From a virus: a stretch of 64,000 nt of DNA. Below the pieces are notes generated by a model, which did no database searches, was not told the origin of the DNA, and saw nothing but the letters and a program-made list of their open reading frames with translations. Made by a program: the position numbers and the translations under genes. The DNA lies in the IMG/VR virus record IMGVR_UViG_3300028886_001504; one strand, 5' to 3'. Shown here in pieces: positions 30,409 through 40,502 of the stretch; within the stretch, counting starts at the first letter, position 1; each line of letters opens with the position of its first letter.

Positions 30409-32055
30409 CTATCGTGACAGAAGTGTAAGAACCTCCTGATTCAGAGCAGAATCAACCATTTCCTGCATAGTCATGTTTCTGACTTCACCAGTCTTCTCAT
30501 CGACTACCTTAGCATCACCTCCCAAAAGAAGGGTCACTATCGCAGGGTCGAAACCACTGAACATGTATGTGCCAGGGCAATCCATGTTGGAAGGGTAATC
30601 CTTGGTGTTGCGGTTTACGCAATACCACCATACCATCTTCCAGTTCTTAAGGAAGTCCTTAGAGAACCCAGCGTTTCTCAGTTTTGAAACCACAGCCTCG
30701 TAGTTGGTCTGCACCTCACTCTGGCTTGGTGCGGGGCTATTCCAAGAATAACCACCAGCAGGGTTGAACTGCATATCTGAGACTACTACAATCGTCTGAG
30801 GGAAATCAGATTCAGGAATCTCAGGGTGGTTCCTCTTAATATTGATAATCTCGTCAATGACGGACTGGAAGTTCGTGCCACCGCTGCCAACGTTAGGCAT
30901 GCTACCGTACCACTTCTCAGTGAAAGACTCGCCAGACAACTTGTGGAGCCATGCGCGATTGTCAAAGCCCATAACATAGTTGTGGAAAGCACCCTCGTTG
31001 AGCGTTGCAAAGTAGATTGCAAGAGACTTGGCGAGTTCAACCGCACGAAGGTCAACACCGTCAACGTTGCTGTTCATAGAGCCAGACGTGTCAAGAGCAA
31101 CCCAAACATTACCCTTAATACCTCCCTGGTCCTGCTTTGCAGTCTTGATGAGGTTGGCAAACTGCTTGTCAATCGTAAGTTGTGTAGTCTTAGGAAGACT
31201 TGCGATGCCGTAGTAGTTACGGAGTTTACGAGCGAACTCATAAACATAGCCGTTGAACTTAGCAACTGGCTGGGTTTCAAGCCACTTCTCGTAAGAATCT
31301 TCAAGTCCGTGATTCTTGAGGAACTTACCGCTTACCAGATTAAGCAGTGCCTTGCCAGGGATGGTGGCCCAGTTAATCCTAGAGTAGAGGCCAGAACACA
31401 TGTAGGTCTGGAACTTGTGAGCAACACCGCTAGCCTTGAAGGTACGGTAATCTCTGTAAGACCAACCAGCGAACTTGGCGAAATCCTTAGCCAACTCATT
31501 AGTAGACTTAGCCCAAGTGGTTTCACACTTGTTGTTCGAGCGAATGCGAGGCATATACTTCTTAACAAGGTCCTTGTTGTCGGCATCGTTGATACCTTCG
31601 GCCATAACCTTGAAGTATTCAGCCTTGTTAGGCTTCTCACTCATAGAGAGCAGCACCCAAAGGTCCTTCCAAGAACCAACGATTGGAACGAGCCAAAGGT
31701 TCTTGTAATAGATGTCAGGGTGGAACTTCTCGAACCACAAAAGACGCTTGAACGCCTCGTCACGAGCGCCCTGTCCTTTCTGCACCTTTTCGGTCTTCTT
31801 ACCATCCATCAACTTCGTCTGACGGGTAATCATACGAAGATAGAATGGGAACTTGAGGGCTGCATCAGGGTTCTCGTTGTAAAGAGCCGCCTGGTCTGCG
31901 AACACTGCGTTGATGTCACGACCTCTGTTAGTACCAGCCTTACCGAACTGGTCAAGCAGAGTAGTACCGATAGATGCATAAGACTTAGCACCGTTCTCCG
32001 TGTAGGAAGACCCACTCCCGCGAGTCATTTCCTTCAAAAAAAGATTCTCACTCAT
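30409..32055 (-). CDS. vWA-domain protein with TROVE/Ro60-like N-terminal region
   Basis: MIDAS motif VALDTSGSM; -7 motif at 32118-32125 lies inside the track ORF, so the start is reset to MSENLFL. Confidence 0.5.
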   Translation of the reverse strand: MSENLFLKEMTRGSGSSYTENGAKSYASIGTTLLDQFGKAGTNRGRDINAVFADQAALYNENPDAALKFPFYLRMITRQTKLMDGKKTEKVQKGQGARDEAFKRLLWFEKFHPDIYYKNLWLVPIVGSWKDLWVLLSMSEKPNKAEYFKVMAEGINDADNKDLVKKYMPRIRSNNKCETTWAKSTNELAKDFAKFAGWSYRDYRTFKASGVAHKFQTYMCSGLYSRINWATIPGKALLNLVSGKFLKNHGLEDSYEKWLETQPVAKFNGYVYEFARKLRNYYGIASLPKTTQLTIDKQFANLIKTAKQDQGGIKGNVWVALDTSGSMNSNVDGVDLRAVELAKSLAIYFATLNEGAFHNYVMGFDNRAWLHKLSGESFTEKWYGSMPNVGSGGTNFQSVIDEIINIKRNHPEIPESDFPQTIVVVSDMQFNPAGGYSWNSPAPSQSEVQTNYEAVVSKLRNAGFSKDFLKNWKMVWWYCVNRNTKDYPSNMDCPGTYMFSGFDPAIVTLLLGGDAKVVDEKTGEVRNMTMQEMVDSALNQEVLTLLSR

Positions 32056-32117
32056 GTCAGAAAATGTTTTTTGTTTGTTATTTGCTGTTAATTTTCTTTG
32101 GTTGTCAAAACCAAGCG

Positions 32118-32125
32118 CAAAGATA
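32118..32125 (-). promoter_or_regulatory. Bacteroidota-type -7 element
   Basis: CAAAGATA. Confidence 0.4.
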
Positions 32126-32136
32126 TGCACTATTTT

Positions 32137-32388
32137 TTAATTCTCCAAATTTTTTTTAACATTTTTTTCGTTTTCCTTTTTTTCTATCTCTTTTAAGGCG
32201 TTGTTTTTATTTTCAACCAGCAATAATGTCCAAAAGATAACACCAAGTAAGTTTAACGCTGCCATTCCAGTTTCTCCGTTGTTAAAGCAACTGAACATCA
32301 CGTCAGAACTACACCAAATCATAAAACCATCAATCAAGGTTAATAAAAAATAAAACAGTTTCATATTATAATACGTTTTGTTTAACAA
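32137..32388 (-). CDS. small membrane protein
   Basis: 83 aa hydrophobic ORF. Confidence 0.35.
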   Translation of the reverse strand: MLNKTYYNMKLFYFLLTLIDGFMIWCSSDVMFSCFNNGETGMAALNLLGVIFWTLLLVENKNNALKEIEKKENEKNVKKNLEN

Positions 32389-32776
32389 TAAAGCGATTCA
32401 TAACAAAAATTTCTTTGTTTGTTTCTGTGACAGCTTCCACACCATAAAGAACCTTGTTAAAAGGCCAACCGTGTACAGTTGTTTTGCACCTCTCAAACAA
32501 GTCCTCACGATTTGTACCGTAATATTCGAATTTTACATTGGTTTCTAATGTTTTTTGACCTTCTACAAGTTTGTCAATGTACGAAACGGCAAAATCATAT
32601 GAATGAAACGTTTCAATGTTGTACTCAGCGTCTGTTTTGCTTTCAACAATATTTCCGTTTTCTTTCCTAACGGCATACTGTTCCCATTTGATGATGACTA
32701 AATAAATTTCTTTTTCCATATTTTTATGTTTTACCAAACAAATAGCAAAGACCATGCCAAACTGATTATGTGGCAC
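32366..32776 (-). CDS. hypothetical protein
   Basis: 136 aa ORF. Confidence 0.4.
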   Translation of the reverse strand: MPHNQFGMVFAICLVKHKNMEKEIYLVIIKWEQYAVRKENGNIVESKTDAEYNIETFHSYDFAVSYIDKLVEGQKTLETNVKFEYYGTNREDLFERCKTTVHGWPFNKVLYGVEAVTETNKEIFVMNRFIVKQNVL

Positions 32777-32821
32777 AAAGTCATTTGACGTTGCAAATAT
32801 ATAAAAGTTTTTTAATTTGAA

Positions 32822-32833
32822 AAACTATTTATA
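32822..32833 (+). promoter_or_regulatory. AAACTATTTATA promoter-like motif
   Basis: 19 nt upstream of + gene 32852. Confidence 0.45.
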
Positions 32834-32851
32834 AAGAAACATTAAAAGATT

Positions 32852-33439
32852 ATGAGTAAACAAGTTAATATAACCGAAAATGACATCATAAAATTAGTTA
32901 CAGAATCTGTCAAAAAACTCATCAAAGAAGACATATATAATGCCTGGAAGCCTATGGAATGTGATGATGAAAATTATTCAGAAATTACAGAAACTAAGCA
33001 ATTAAGAAATATCATCAGAAGGATGGTTAAAGAGGCTTTTGACATGAGTTACGGCGCACCTACTGGAATCGAACAACCAAAGCCAGCAGGTGGTGTTAAT
33101 ACTAATACCAATGAAAAACTTGACAGCGCACATGACATAAGAAAAAAAATCAGACAGTGGGCAAAAGCACATGAAAAAGGGCTTGGAAAAGAAAAGAGTG
33201 GTGGCAGAATGAATAAATCAAAACGTTCACTCGTTATTACATGACTCAAAAGGAATGATGTAAACTGCGCTGAAATTATGAGAAAACTTTGGCATCCAGC
33301 AAAAGAGGATGAGGATAGTGCAAGAAGTTATTTCTACAAATGTAGGGATGGTAAACTAAACGATTCTGGTGTACCATACAGATTCACGGATGAGGAAATC
33401 AATGCGCTATATAGAATTAAATCAGAAGCATCAGCATAA
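32852..33439 (+). CDS. small protein, paralog B (shares N-terminus with 29864 gene); 1 in-frame TGA
   Basis: Track ORF ends at TGA 33242-33244; same frame continues 64 codons to TAA 33437-33439, which abuts a terminator. Confidence 0.5.
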
Positions 33440-33440
33440 T

Positions 33441-33466
33441 AAAAGGGGAGTGAAAACGCTCCCCAT
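33441..33466. terminator. bidirectional hairpin ggggag...ctcccc
   Basis: Inverted repeat plus T-run. Confidence 0.5.
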
Positions 33467-33468
33467 TT

Positions 33469-34368
33469 TTAATCAAAATCAATCGTTAATTTGTGAATTT
33501 TCCCGTCAAGTTTTTCGATTGTTATGCCTCTATACCAATATAGAGGAGGTATCTCTCCTATCAACTCTTTAAGGATTTCATTCATTTTTGGAATAACAAT
33601 TTCAGCCATCCGTGTGCCATTTAATGAATAATATAACTTTTTAACTTCATATTTATCATCTGTTATTGGCTGTTCTTTGGCCTCTTCTATAACAACGTCT
33701 TCTGCTTCTGTAAAGAAGTTTTGTGCACATTCAGCACAAGATACTGACAAACAATCTTCTTCAGCGCAAGATACGGATAAACAATTTTCTTCTGGGTCAT
33801 TAATACAAGCGTCTGTGTATGGCTCGATTTCATTAAGTTCTTCGTCATCGTCATATTCAACACATGATTTGTCAGGAATAACTTCTTGTGCACTCTCTGC
33901 TTTACATGTCCCTTCTATATATGAAATTTCAATACCTACACAGAAATTCTTGCTGTCAACTTGTTTAAAAACATATGCCTCCTGGTTTTCTTCGTTGAAG
34001 GTATTGATAAAAACAGCCCTATTATCATGAGTTGTAAATGAAATATTTTCTATGATGTCACCTTTGACTTTCTCTTCCCATTTCTTGGATAGGTCTTCTT
34101 TATGGTTTACCTTATAGTAAACTGATTCGAAAATACCACAACTTTTTCCAACATTAATGAAACCTGCTTCTTGAAACTCTGGTGTTTCTAATGTGCCACC
34201 ATATTCAATGCCAACGTGCGTTCTTCCCATATTGTTTACATACCAATAGCAATGGTAAGCGCCCTTATAAATGGGACATATTTCTATTGTGGAATCTGGG
34301 GATAATGCATCGCCAACAATTACCGAACCATTGTTAAGTTCAATTGTCCCTATGTATATTTTTTCCAT
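33469..34368 (-). CDS. hypothetical acidic protein with internal tandem repeat
   Basis: 299 aa; 30-nt duplication encoding CLSVSCAEE. Confidence 0.45.
   Translation of the reverse strand: MEKIYIGTIELNNGSVIVGDALSPDSTIEICPIYKGAYHCYWYVNNMGRTHVGIEYGGTLETPEFQEAGFINVGKSCGIFESVYYKVNHKEDLSKKWEEKVKGDIIENISFTTHDNRAVFINTFNEENQEAYVFKQVDSKNFCVGIEISYIEGTCKAESAQEVIPDKSCVEYDDDEELNEIEPYTDACINDPEENCLSVSCAEEDCLSVSCAECAQNFFTEAEDVVIEEAKEQPITDDKYEVKKLYYSLNGTRMAEIVIPKMNEILKELIGEIPPLYWYRGITIEKLDGKIHKLTIDFD
33731..33790. repeat. 2 x 30-nt tandem repeat inside CDS
   Basis: tcagcacaagatactgacaaacaatcttct / tcagcgcaagatacggataaacaattttct. Confidence 0.6.
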
Positions 34369-34392
34369 CTACATATTATTGTTAACGCCTTA

Positions 34393-34599
34393 TTAAAAAT
34401 TAACTGGTCTAAGATATCTCCACCCTTTTTTAATTTCCATATCAAGTAACTTTGCGAAGTCTTCTTGAAAATCTCTATCAAGCATGCCACCGTCCATATA
34501 GAACACACCATTGCTATAGTACAAGTCTAATCCTGCGGCGATTTTCTCGCCATTTCTCCCAACAGGGATGTCTTTAACGATTCTGTATTTACCTTCCAT
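34393..34599 (-). CDS. hypothetical protein
   Basis: 68 aa ORF. Confidence 0.35.
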   Translation of the reverse strand: MEGKYRIVKDIPVGRNGEKIAAGLDLYYSNGVFYMDGGMLDRDFQEDFAKLLDMEIKKGWRYLRPVNF

Positions 34600-34686
34600 A
34601 GTATATTGTTTTTTGAATTTATAAATCTGTATTTTATATATGTAATTATACTGTTCTTTATTAAAGATAATGTTTTAATTATTTAA

Positions 34687-35547
34687 TTAAAGAATTTCTC
34701 TTAATTTTTTCGTCTCATTATTAACAGAAATTACTTCATAACCATCATCTTTGAGCCAAATAATTCTTCGTCCCAAAACTTTATAACCAAGGTCTTCAAG
34801 CGGGATTTGATAACAAGATAATTGAATTGTATATGCAGACAAGTTTTCCTCAAAATACTCTTGAAATGGTGGGAACATCATTTTCTTGGTTGCCCTCGAA
34901 AATTCCTTATAGAGATTCCCGTTTGTTTTCCAGTCACCAAGCACTAAGCCACTTTTACTGTCATCATTTGGATTCTTGTAATACATCAACAAGTCCATTG
35001 TGCCTCCAAAATCTTCCTTGAACTTTGGTTTATCTGGATTGATACCGCTGTAAAGTTTGGTTTCTGGTAAAACAACCCACATGTCTTGAGGAAAGTTCTG
35101 CCAAAACTTCAAAGCTGATTCTTCTTTTGGTCTTGTAGGAATCAGCCAGTTTTTGTCTTTGATATATTTGTATTTGTTGTCTTCTGTTATGTTTTCTGGG
35201 TGCATCATATGAATCCACGCCAAAGATTCTGCATAACTGTGCACCTGTGTTCCAGTAACAGTGGCTTTTAAATTAGTGAACTTCCATTGGTCCATCCAAT
35301 ACTCTGGCGTATTTCCATTTTTCTCTGCATACGCAGTGGCTTTTGCAACAGTATCGAACTCACTTTCAAATCTTGAAACGATTGTTGAAACTGGCGTTAG
35401 TTCTCTGCCATGCAAAAAATACTTGTGACCCTCATCCACAAACTCAAGGTCACCAAATGCATCAAGAATATGCTTTCTTATCTCTGTTACCTCTTTTGGC
35501 TCACCTGGAACAACTATTTCATATTTACTTTGGTCTCTTAATGGCAT
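34687..35547 (-). CDS. hypothetical protein, possible PD-(D/E)XK nuclease
   Basis: Weak D...D-x-K pattern (VLGDWK). Confidence 0.3.
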   Translation of the reverse strand: MPLRDQSKYEIVVPGEPKEVTEIRKHILDAFGDLEFVDEGHKYFLHGRELTPVSTIVSRFESEFDTVAKATAYAEKNGNTPEYWMDQWKFTNLKATVTGTQVHSYAESLAWIHMMHPENITEDNKYKYIKDKNWLIPTRPKEESALKFWQNFPQDMWVVLPETKLYSGINPDKPKFKEDFGGTMDLLMYYKNPNDDSKSGLVLGDWKTNGNLYKEFSRATKKMMFPPFQEYFEENLSAYTIQLSCYQIPLEDLGYKVLGRRIIWLKDDGYEVISVNNETKKLREIL

Positions 35548-35548
35548 G

Positions 35549-36013
35549 CTATTTCATTTTTATAACACCGTTATTATTCATCAAATCCAAAACATCCACT
35601 ACACTGTTTACAAAATCGCCACAGAATCTTTCTGGTGCAATGTCTCTACAAAGCGTCATGGTTGCCTTGAACGACTTAATCTGCTGTTCTGTCCAAGTAC
35701 CTGTTGTTTCTGGCAAGGTGTTTCGAATTACACAGAACACAACACGGTTAACGGTAGTTCCGTATAACTGGGCTTGCCAGCAAGAATTAACAATCTCTGC
35801 AATACTGTACACACCCTGCATTTCAGGAGTAATAACATAAAGGTGTACGTTACATTTTTTGTTTTTTTCCTCTTCCTCAATCGCTTGACATTCTGGTGTC
35901 CAATCTTCAACAACTGGATTAAACCATTCACATTCATAATGTTTCAGACCTTCAATAAGTTCGTCTCTCCAAGTAGTTTCGCAACAAGTGCCACCTAAAA
36001 AAATTCTGTTCAT
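35549..36013 (-). CDS. nucleoside 2-deoxyribosyltransferase-like fold protein
   Basis: IFLGG...W......NP pattern. Confidence 0.4.
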   Translation of the reverse strand: MNRIFLGGTCCETTWRDELIEGLKHYECEWFNPVVEDWTPECQAIEEEEKNKKCNVHLYVITPEMQGVYSIAEIVNSCWQAQLYGTTVNRVVFCVIRNTLPETTGTWTEQQIKSFKATMTLCRDIAPERFCGDFVNSVVDVLDLMNNNGVIKMK

Positions 36014-36024
36014 TGTATAAGTTT

Positions 36025-36399
36025 TTAATTATTGTTTTCTTTATATTCTTTTAAACGCTCTTTTATTAGCATTCTTTGTAGTTTCTTGGCAATAATATCA
36101 CCGTGACAAGGCAATGGTTTACAACAGCATTCAAGATAAATCGTTTCACCATTTTTATACTTATCATATATCTCATCAACAACTTCTTTGAACTTAATAT
36201 TACCAGAATACATCGTATCAAAATAATCAGAATATTTTTCGATTGATTCCTCTCTTGTTTTGCACTGATACAATGCTCTGGTTCTTCCTACTTCTAAATG
36301 CGTATAGGGGTTAGATAATATACTGGGACGCATAATGTTGTAGTTGTTTGGACTATCACTATGTGTCTCTGTATTCGTGTTATAAACAATTATTGCCAT
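36025..36399 (-). CDS. small Cys/His-motif protein (C-C..C-H), possibly DUF4326-like
   Basis: LECCCKPLPCHGD. Confidence 0.3.
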   Translation of the reverse strand: MAIIVYNTNTETHSDSPNNYNIMRPSILSNPYTHLEVGRTRALYQCKTREESIEKYSDYFDTMYSGNIKFKEVVDEIYDKYKNGETIYLECCCKPLPCHGDIIAKKLQRMLIKERLKEYKENNN

Positions 36400-37154
36400 A
36401 AACTGTCATCTGGTATAAATGTCGGTACTTTTATAATATCAAGTTTAAACAAGTTCTTCTTGTGCATACTATCAATTTTTTCCTTGACGGACTTATCTTT
36501 ACAGAGTCCAGTTCTAATATAGTGGTCAAGCGTGTCGTAGGTAAAGCCAAACTTCTGTTCATCACTCATACTTGCTGGCAGTCCGTCATCGGGTGTCTTA
36601 TCAACCCATATACTTGGAAGTCCCAACACTCTACCCACCTCTTTGACCTCTGTGACTGTGAGTTTAGCTAACGGCGCAAAGCTTCCAACAGAATCACCAA
36701 ATAGTGTACTGTAACCAACCCAATCTTCTGAAAGATTACAGTTGCAGGAAACCCTACCGTTAAATGTTTGTGCAATGGCGTACAACATAGTCATCCTAAT
36801 CCGTGGTGGAATATTTTGAATGGATTGTACACTCCAAGAAAAATGGTGTGGAACTTTGGAGAATTCTCCACAGATTTCACCAATAGGAGCCACAATAAAC
36901 GTAATACCAAGATGCTCTGCAATTTTATCAGCATCATTAAGTCCTTGATTACTGGCGGGCATTGCTACACCTATAACCCTATCAGCACCAAGAGCTTTTA
37001 CGCATAAAGCAGCAACGATGGTACTGTCTTTGCCACCGCTAAGGCCAACAACGGCGTTACAATTTTTGCCGTTTACTTCAAACCATTCTTTAATCCAGTT
37101 AACACACTGGTCAGTAATTTCTTTGTACATGTTCATATTCAATACATTTTTCAA
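36390..37154 (-). CDS. nadE: NAD+ synthetase (NH3-dependent)
   Basis: PP-loop GLSGGKDST. Confidence 0.75.
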   Translation of the reverse strand: MKNVLNMNMYKEITDQCVNWIKEWFEVNGKNCNAVVGLSGGKDSTIVAALCVKALGADRVIGVAMPASNQGLNDADKIAEHLGITFIVAPIGEICGEFSKVPHHFSWSVQSIQNIPPRIRMTMLYAIAQTFNGRVSCNCNLSEDWVGYSTLFGDSVGSFAPLAKLTVTEVKEVGRVLGLPSIWVDKTPDDGLPASMSDEQKFGFTYDTLDHYIRTGLCKDKSVKEKIDSMHKKNLFKLDIIKVPTFIPDDSLWQ

Positions 37155-37962
37155 AGTCTTCTAATTTAACACTACATGAACCCCAACTACCGTTAACACT
37201 GACAACGACCATTGGAGTAACGCAGTTAACATACCAGTTTGTAATATTAACTGACATACCAACGAACCCAAACACTCTTTGATTATGGTAGATTGATGAA
37301 TCAATATAAGGTATTGGTTGCTTTAGTTTAAAACTCTTATTTGATGGAAACTTATTTTTTCCCAATTCAATAACTTTTTCTGCTTCATCGTAAGCAGTCA
37401 CAAAATCATGCAGACTCTTAAACCTAAGAATTTGTTCACAACTAGAACTACGAAGAATGCTTCCAAGTTCCTTATCCTTATTATAAGGAGCATCAATTAA
37501 AATGCCGTACTTGACACTGTTACCCTTGAAGTTCCAATCATTGTCATCAATCAGATAATCGCCTTCAACAAGCGTTTTATCCTTCATAAAGCAAATACCG
37601 TCTGGTTCAATACCAAATTTCTCCAACCATTCAAGAGTGTGTTTCTTGTTGGCATATGTCTTTTGATATGTCAATATGATGACTTTACCATACTTTTTCA
37701 GTGTGTCAACATCCTCCTTGACATACGGGAAAGGCTGCGTGTCCAAGAACATTTCTTTTCCGTGTTCTTGAAAAAACCAATATGACGGTGTTTGTCCAGT
37801 CAACCTTTCAATTTCTGGAAAAGAAATTTCAGTTTTGTAGTCTATAACATCCTCTATCTTTTTCTGATTGTCAGGGAAATGTTTGTTGTAAACCTCAATC
37901 ATTTTAGATAAAGTTTGCCTTAGAACTTCATCACAATCAATTAAGAACACTTTTTCTTTCAT
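37111..37962 (-). CDS. HAD-like hydrolase
   Basis: Motif I FLIDCDEVL. Confidence 0.4.
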   Translation of the reverse strand: MKEKVFLIDCDEVLRQTLSKMIEVYNKHFPDNQKKIEDVIDYKTEISFPEIERLTGQTPSYWFFQEHGKEMFLDTQPFPYVKEDVDTLKKYGKVIILTYQKTYANKKHTLEWLEKFGIEPDGICFMKDKTLVEGDYLIDDNDWNFKGNSVKYGILIDAPYNKDKELGSILRSSSCEQILRFKSLHDFVTAYDEAEKVIELGKNKFPSNKSFKLKQPIPYIDSSIYHNQRVFGFVGMSVNITNWYVNCVTPMVVVSVNGSWGSCSVKLEDFEKCIEYEHVQRNY

Positions 37963-38471
37963 CGTATTTTATTCTTTTTTGTTAAAGGAATCAGTACTAA
38001 TGGACTAAATGGCAGAGTATCTATATGTTTCTCCGCTTCTTCGCTTGTCATATTTTTTTCTTTCATAAGGAAGTCATATATTTTTTCATCGTATATAACT
38101 CTATAATCGTGTGATATGCCAATGATTGCAAACTTATACTCTGGTAGTTTAAGTTCATCAGCATCCAACCCAAGAAGGCTGAGAAAATATTCATCATCCA
38201 TGTCTGGAATCTCCATAAGTACGGTTGGCCCATTTGGAAAGTATGGTATTGCTCTTATTGTGTTATATTCAATAAACTCAATAGCTTCTTCATACGTCAT
38301 GTCATCTGTGTCCATAAGACACTCAGCCATTTTCTCGTAATCATATATGACCCTCCCCTCATTTGACATTCCTATAATAGCGGAATCATAATTCGGATTT
38401 TCGAAAATAGTCACCCCTTCGTAGCCACTCTCGACTATTAAGTCTCTATTTGGTCTGTTTTCAGCTTCCAT
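37959..38471 (-). CDS. hypothetical protein
   Basis: 170 aa ORF. Confidence 0.4.
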   Translation of the reverse strand: MEAENRPNRDLIVESGYEGVTIFENPNYDSAIIGMSNEGRVIYDYEKMAECLMDTDDMTYEEAIEFIEYNTIRAIPYFPNGPTVLMEIPDMDDEYFLSLLGLDADELKLPEYKFAIIGISHDYRVIYDEKIYDFLMKEKNMTSEEAEKHIDTLPFSPLVLIPLTKKNKIR

Positions 38472-38935
38472 ACTTCTATCATAATGTTTGTATTATTAAA
38501 AATTGTTATTATAAGTGTTATGACCACTTCCCATAATGCTCCACCCCTAACAGAAGACATTCCATAAGGAAAAGCAATAGAATTGATATTCTTATCACGA
38601 CAATAATCTTTCAATTTCTTCAAACAAGTGTCAAGTGCATCATAACTTGTATATCTTTCACCATCATACCCGTATTTGTCCTGCGCAAATAGGTTGACTA
38701 CCCTTTGTTTGTCGTTTACCTTTACTGGTTGTACGATACCCAACAAATCGTGCGTAGAATACCCTTCCTTTGTTTTCTGGTCACAAAACGCCTTGTATTT
38801 TTCACAAACGACTGGCCATTTATCTTTAACCGCCTTAGCCACTCCTGAACCAAAAGCACCTTGACAATTAACTTGATGGCAAATCAAATCAGCCTTGCTG
38901 TCAAGCAAATTTCCGTCTATGTGTTTAATAGTCAT
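38438..38935 (-). CDS. macro domain protein (ADP-ribose binding/processing)
   Basis: GNLLDSKADLICHQVNCQGAFGSGVAKAV. Confidence 0.65.
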   Translation of the reverse strand: MTIKHIDGNLLDSKADLICHQVNCQGAFGSGVAKAVKDKWPVVCEKYKAFCDQKTKEGYSTHDLLGIVQPVKVNDKQRVVNLFAQDKYGYDGERYTSYDALDTCLKKLKDYCRDKNINSIAFPYGMSSVRGGALWEVVITLIITIFNNTNIMIEVWKLKTDQIET

Positions 38936-38936
38936 A

Positions 38937-40502
38937 CTAAAACTTGTTATCGTTTAACCTTTGCCTAATATCGTTAAGCGTTTCTTCTTTAACCAGTTTA
39001 CCATTTTTGAAAACTGGCTCCATCAATGTGTCTTGAATAGATTCATCCCAAGTAAGGCCATCAACATATGTTACCTTTTTGTTCCACTTATCGCGCCAGA
39101 TAACGGAACAGCAACCCTTCTGTGATTTCTTAAAGTTACCACCGCCAGCATCGCGGTCAGTCTTAGGGTCTTTGAATACAGGAAGTTTTTCGACCTTTCC
39201 ATCTTCTGAGGTAAACTCGGCATAGACGGCTTTAATAGCCATGGAAAGTGTGTCCCTGGTAAAAGGCTTCAGTTCGCCTTCTTCCTCAATACAATGCATA
39301 GAGAAAGAACCAACACCAAGGCTTACATTCTGTGCTGCGAAACCATTATCCATCAAAATTTGATAGATTTGTTCTGCCCTCTGAACTGTGATTGAGTCAC
39401 CATAAAGCGCTTTTACATGAGGGTTAAGTACCTTATAGCCTTTACTATTGGTAGTACCACCAAAGATTTTCCAAAGTTCAAAAACGGTTTCTGTGACAAC
39501 TTTCACACAGTCACCACTATCACCACGAACAAGGAAACAACCATTGTGATTTAGAATCTCTTCCTTAAGTGTAGGGAGAATGTTCTTTACAACATTCCAG
39601 TAATCATAACTATCACACACACAAGAGAAAGATGTGTTTGGATAATATTCTGTGAGAAGTTTTTTCAAGAAAATCCTTTCTCTATAAGGGTCAATGTCTG
39701 TATATTCGTAGTCGGGATTTTCTGCAATATCATATGCAGAATTACTACACATAACAAAATGTTCTGTGGAAGCAGCACCAAATCCAACTGGTTCTTTCTC
39801 ACAATCACAATTGTACATTTGCTCAAGATAAGGAATTACTGGAACGGTTGCTGTGTTCAAGAAAGACAAACACCAAGCAGAACCTGCTTTCAACGCAGCA
39901 TCAAGTCCTTGGTCACCTCTGAAATCAAAGTTTCCCAAGGCTCTATTTCTTGGAACATTATCGTCACAAGTTTTTCCGTAGTAATAGTTTACAATCTCAC
40001 GATATGTATGGCCAACGGTTGCACAAACCATTGGATACCACAATTCTGCTGAAATAAGTGATTCCAAAGCCTGACCAAGCCATGCAAAATCAGGATGGGT
40101 ATTTGTAATACCAAAGATAGGACAATGAATTGGAACAATCATACCCTCTGGCAACGACCAAACTTCAATTGGAAGATAACCAAGTTTATGAAGATTCCTT
40201 ACCTTCTCGAAATCACAAATACCCTTTCCCAATGTAAGTTCAATGTAATGCTTATACTCCTCAACAACTTCATCTTCTGGTCTGTTGAAGAAATTATCAT
40301 TAAAATAATCAATGAGATAGGTTTTACAAAATGCTTGCAAACCGAAGTTTACAACACCATTCCACCTCTTGATGCGTGACATTCGTGCTGTAAAGTAACT
40401 AACAGATTTAGTCATACCTTTTGGAAGCAACTCGCAATGAATCGCTTTGTAGAAATCTTTGAGAAGTAAAGCGTTAGTTTTCATGTTAGTCGTTATTTTC
40501 AA
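38937..40502 (-). CDS. nadV: nicotinamide phosphoribosyltransferase
   Basis: 521 aa; VRGDSGD motif; NAMPT-like throughout. Confidence 0.8.
   Translation of the reverse strand: MKITTNMKTNALLLKDFYKAIHCELLPKGMTKSVSYFTARMSRIKRWNGVVNFGLQAFCKTYLIDYFNDNFFNRPEDEVVEEYKHYIELTLGKGICDFEKVRNLHKLGYLPIEVWSLPEGMIVPIHCPIFGITNTHPDFAWLGQALESLISAELWYPMVCATVGHTYREIVNYYYGKTCDDNVPRNRALGNFDFRGDQGLDAALKAGSAWCLSFLNTATVPVIPYLEQMYNCDCEKEPVGFGAASTEHFVMCSNSAYDIAENPDYEYTDIDPYRERIFLKKLLTEYYPNTSFSCVCDSYDYWNVVKNILPTLKEEILNHNGCFLVRGDSGDCVKVVTETVFELWKIFGGTTNSKGYKVLNPHVKALYGDSITVQRAEQIYQILMDNGFAAQNVSLGVGSFSMHCIEEEGELKPFTRDTLSMAIKAVYAEFTSEDGKVEKLPVFKDPKTDRDAGGGNFKKSQKGCCSVIWRDKWNKKVTYVDGLTWDESIQDTLMEPVFKNGKLVKEETLNDIRQRLNDNKF

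Noticed and set aside
30826-32091. 421-aa + strand ORF
   Set aside because: It is antisense to the vWA/TROVE-like gene, which has a clear MIDAS motif. The + ORF is L/R/V-rich, has no promoter motif and no recognisable domain. A long shadow ORF is typical opposite a coding region.
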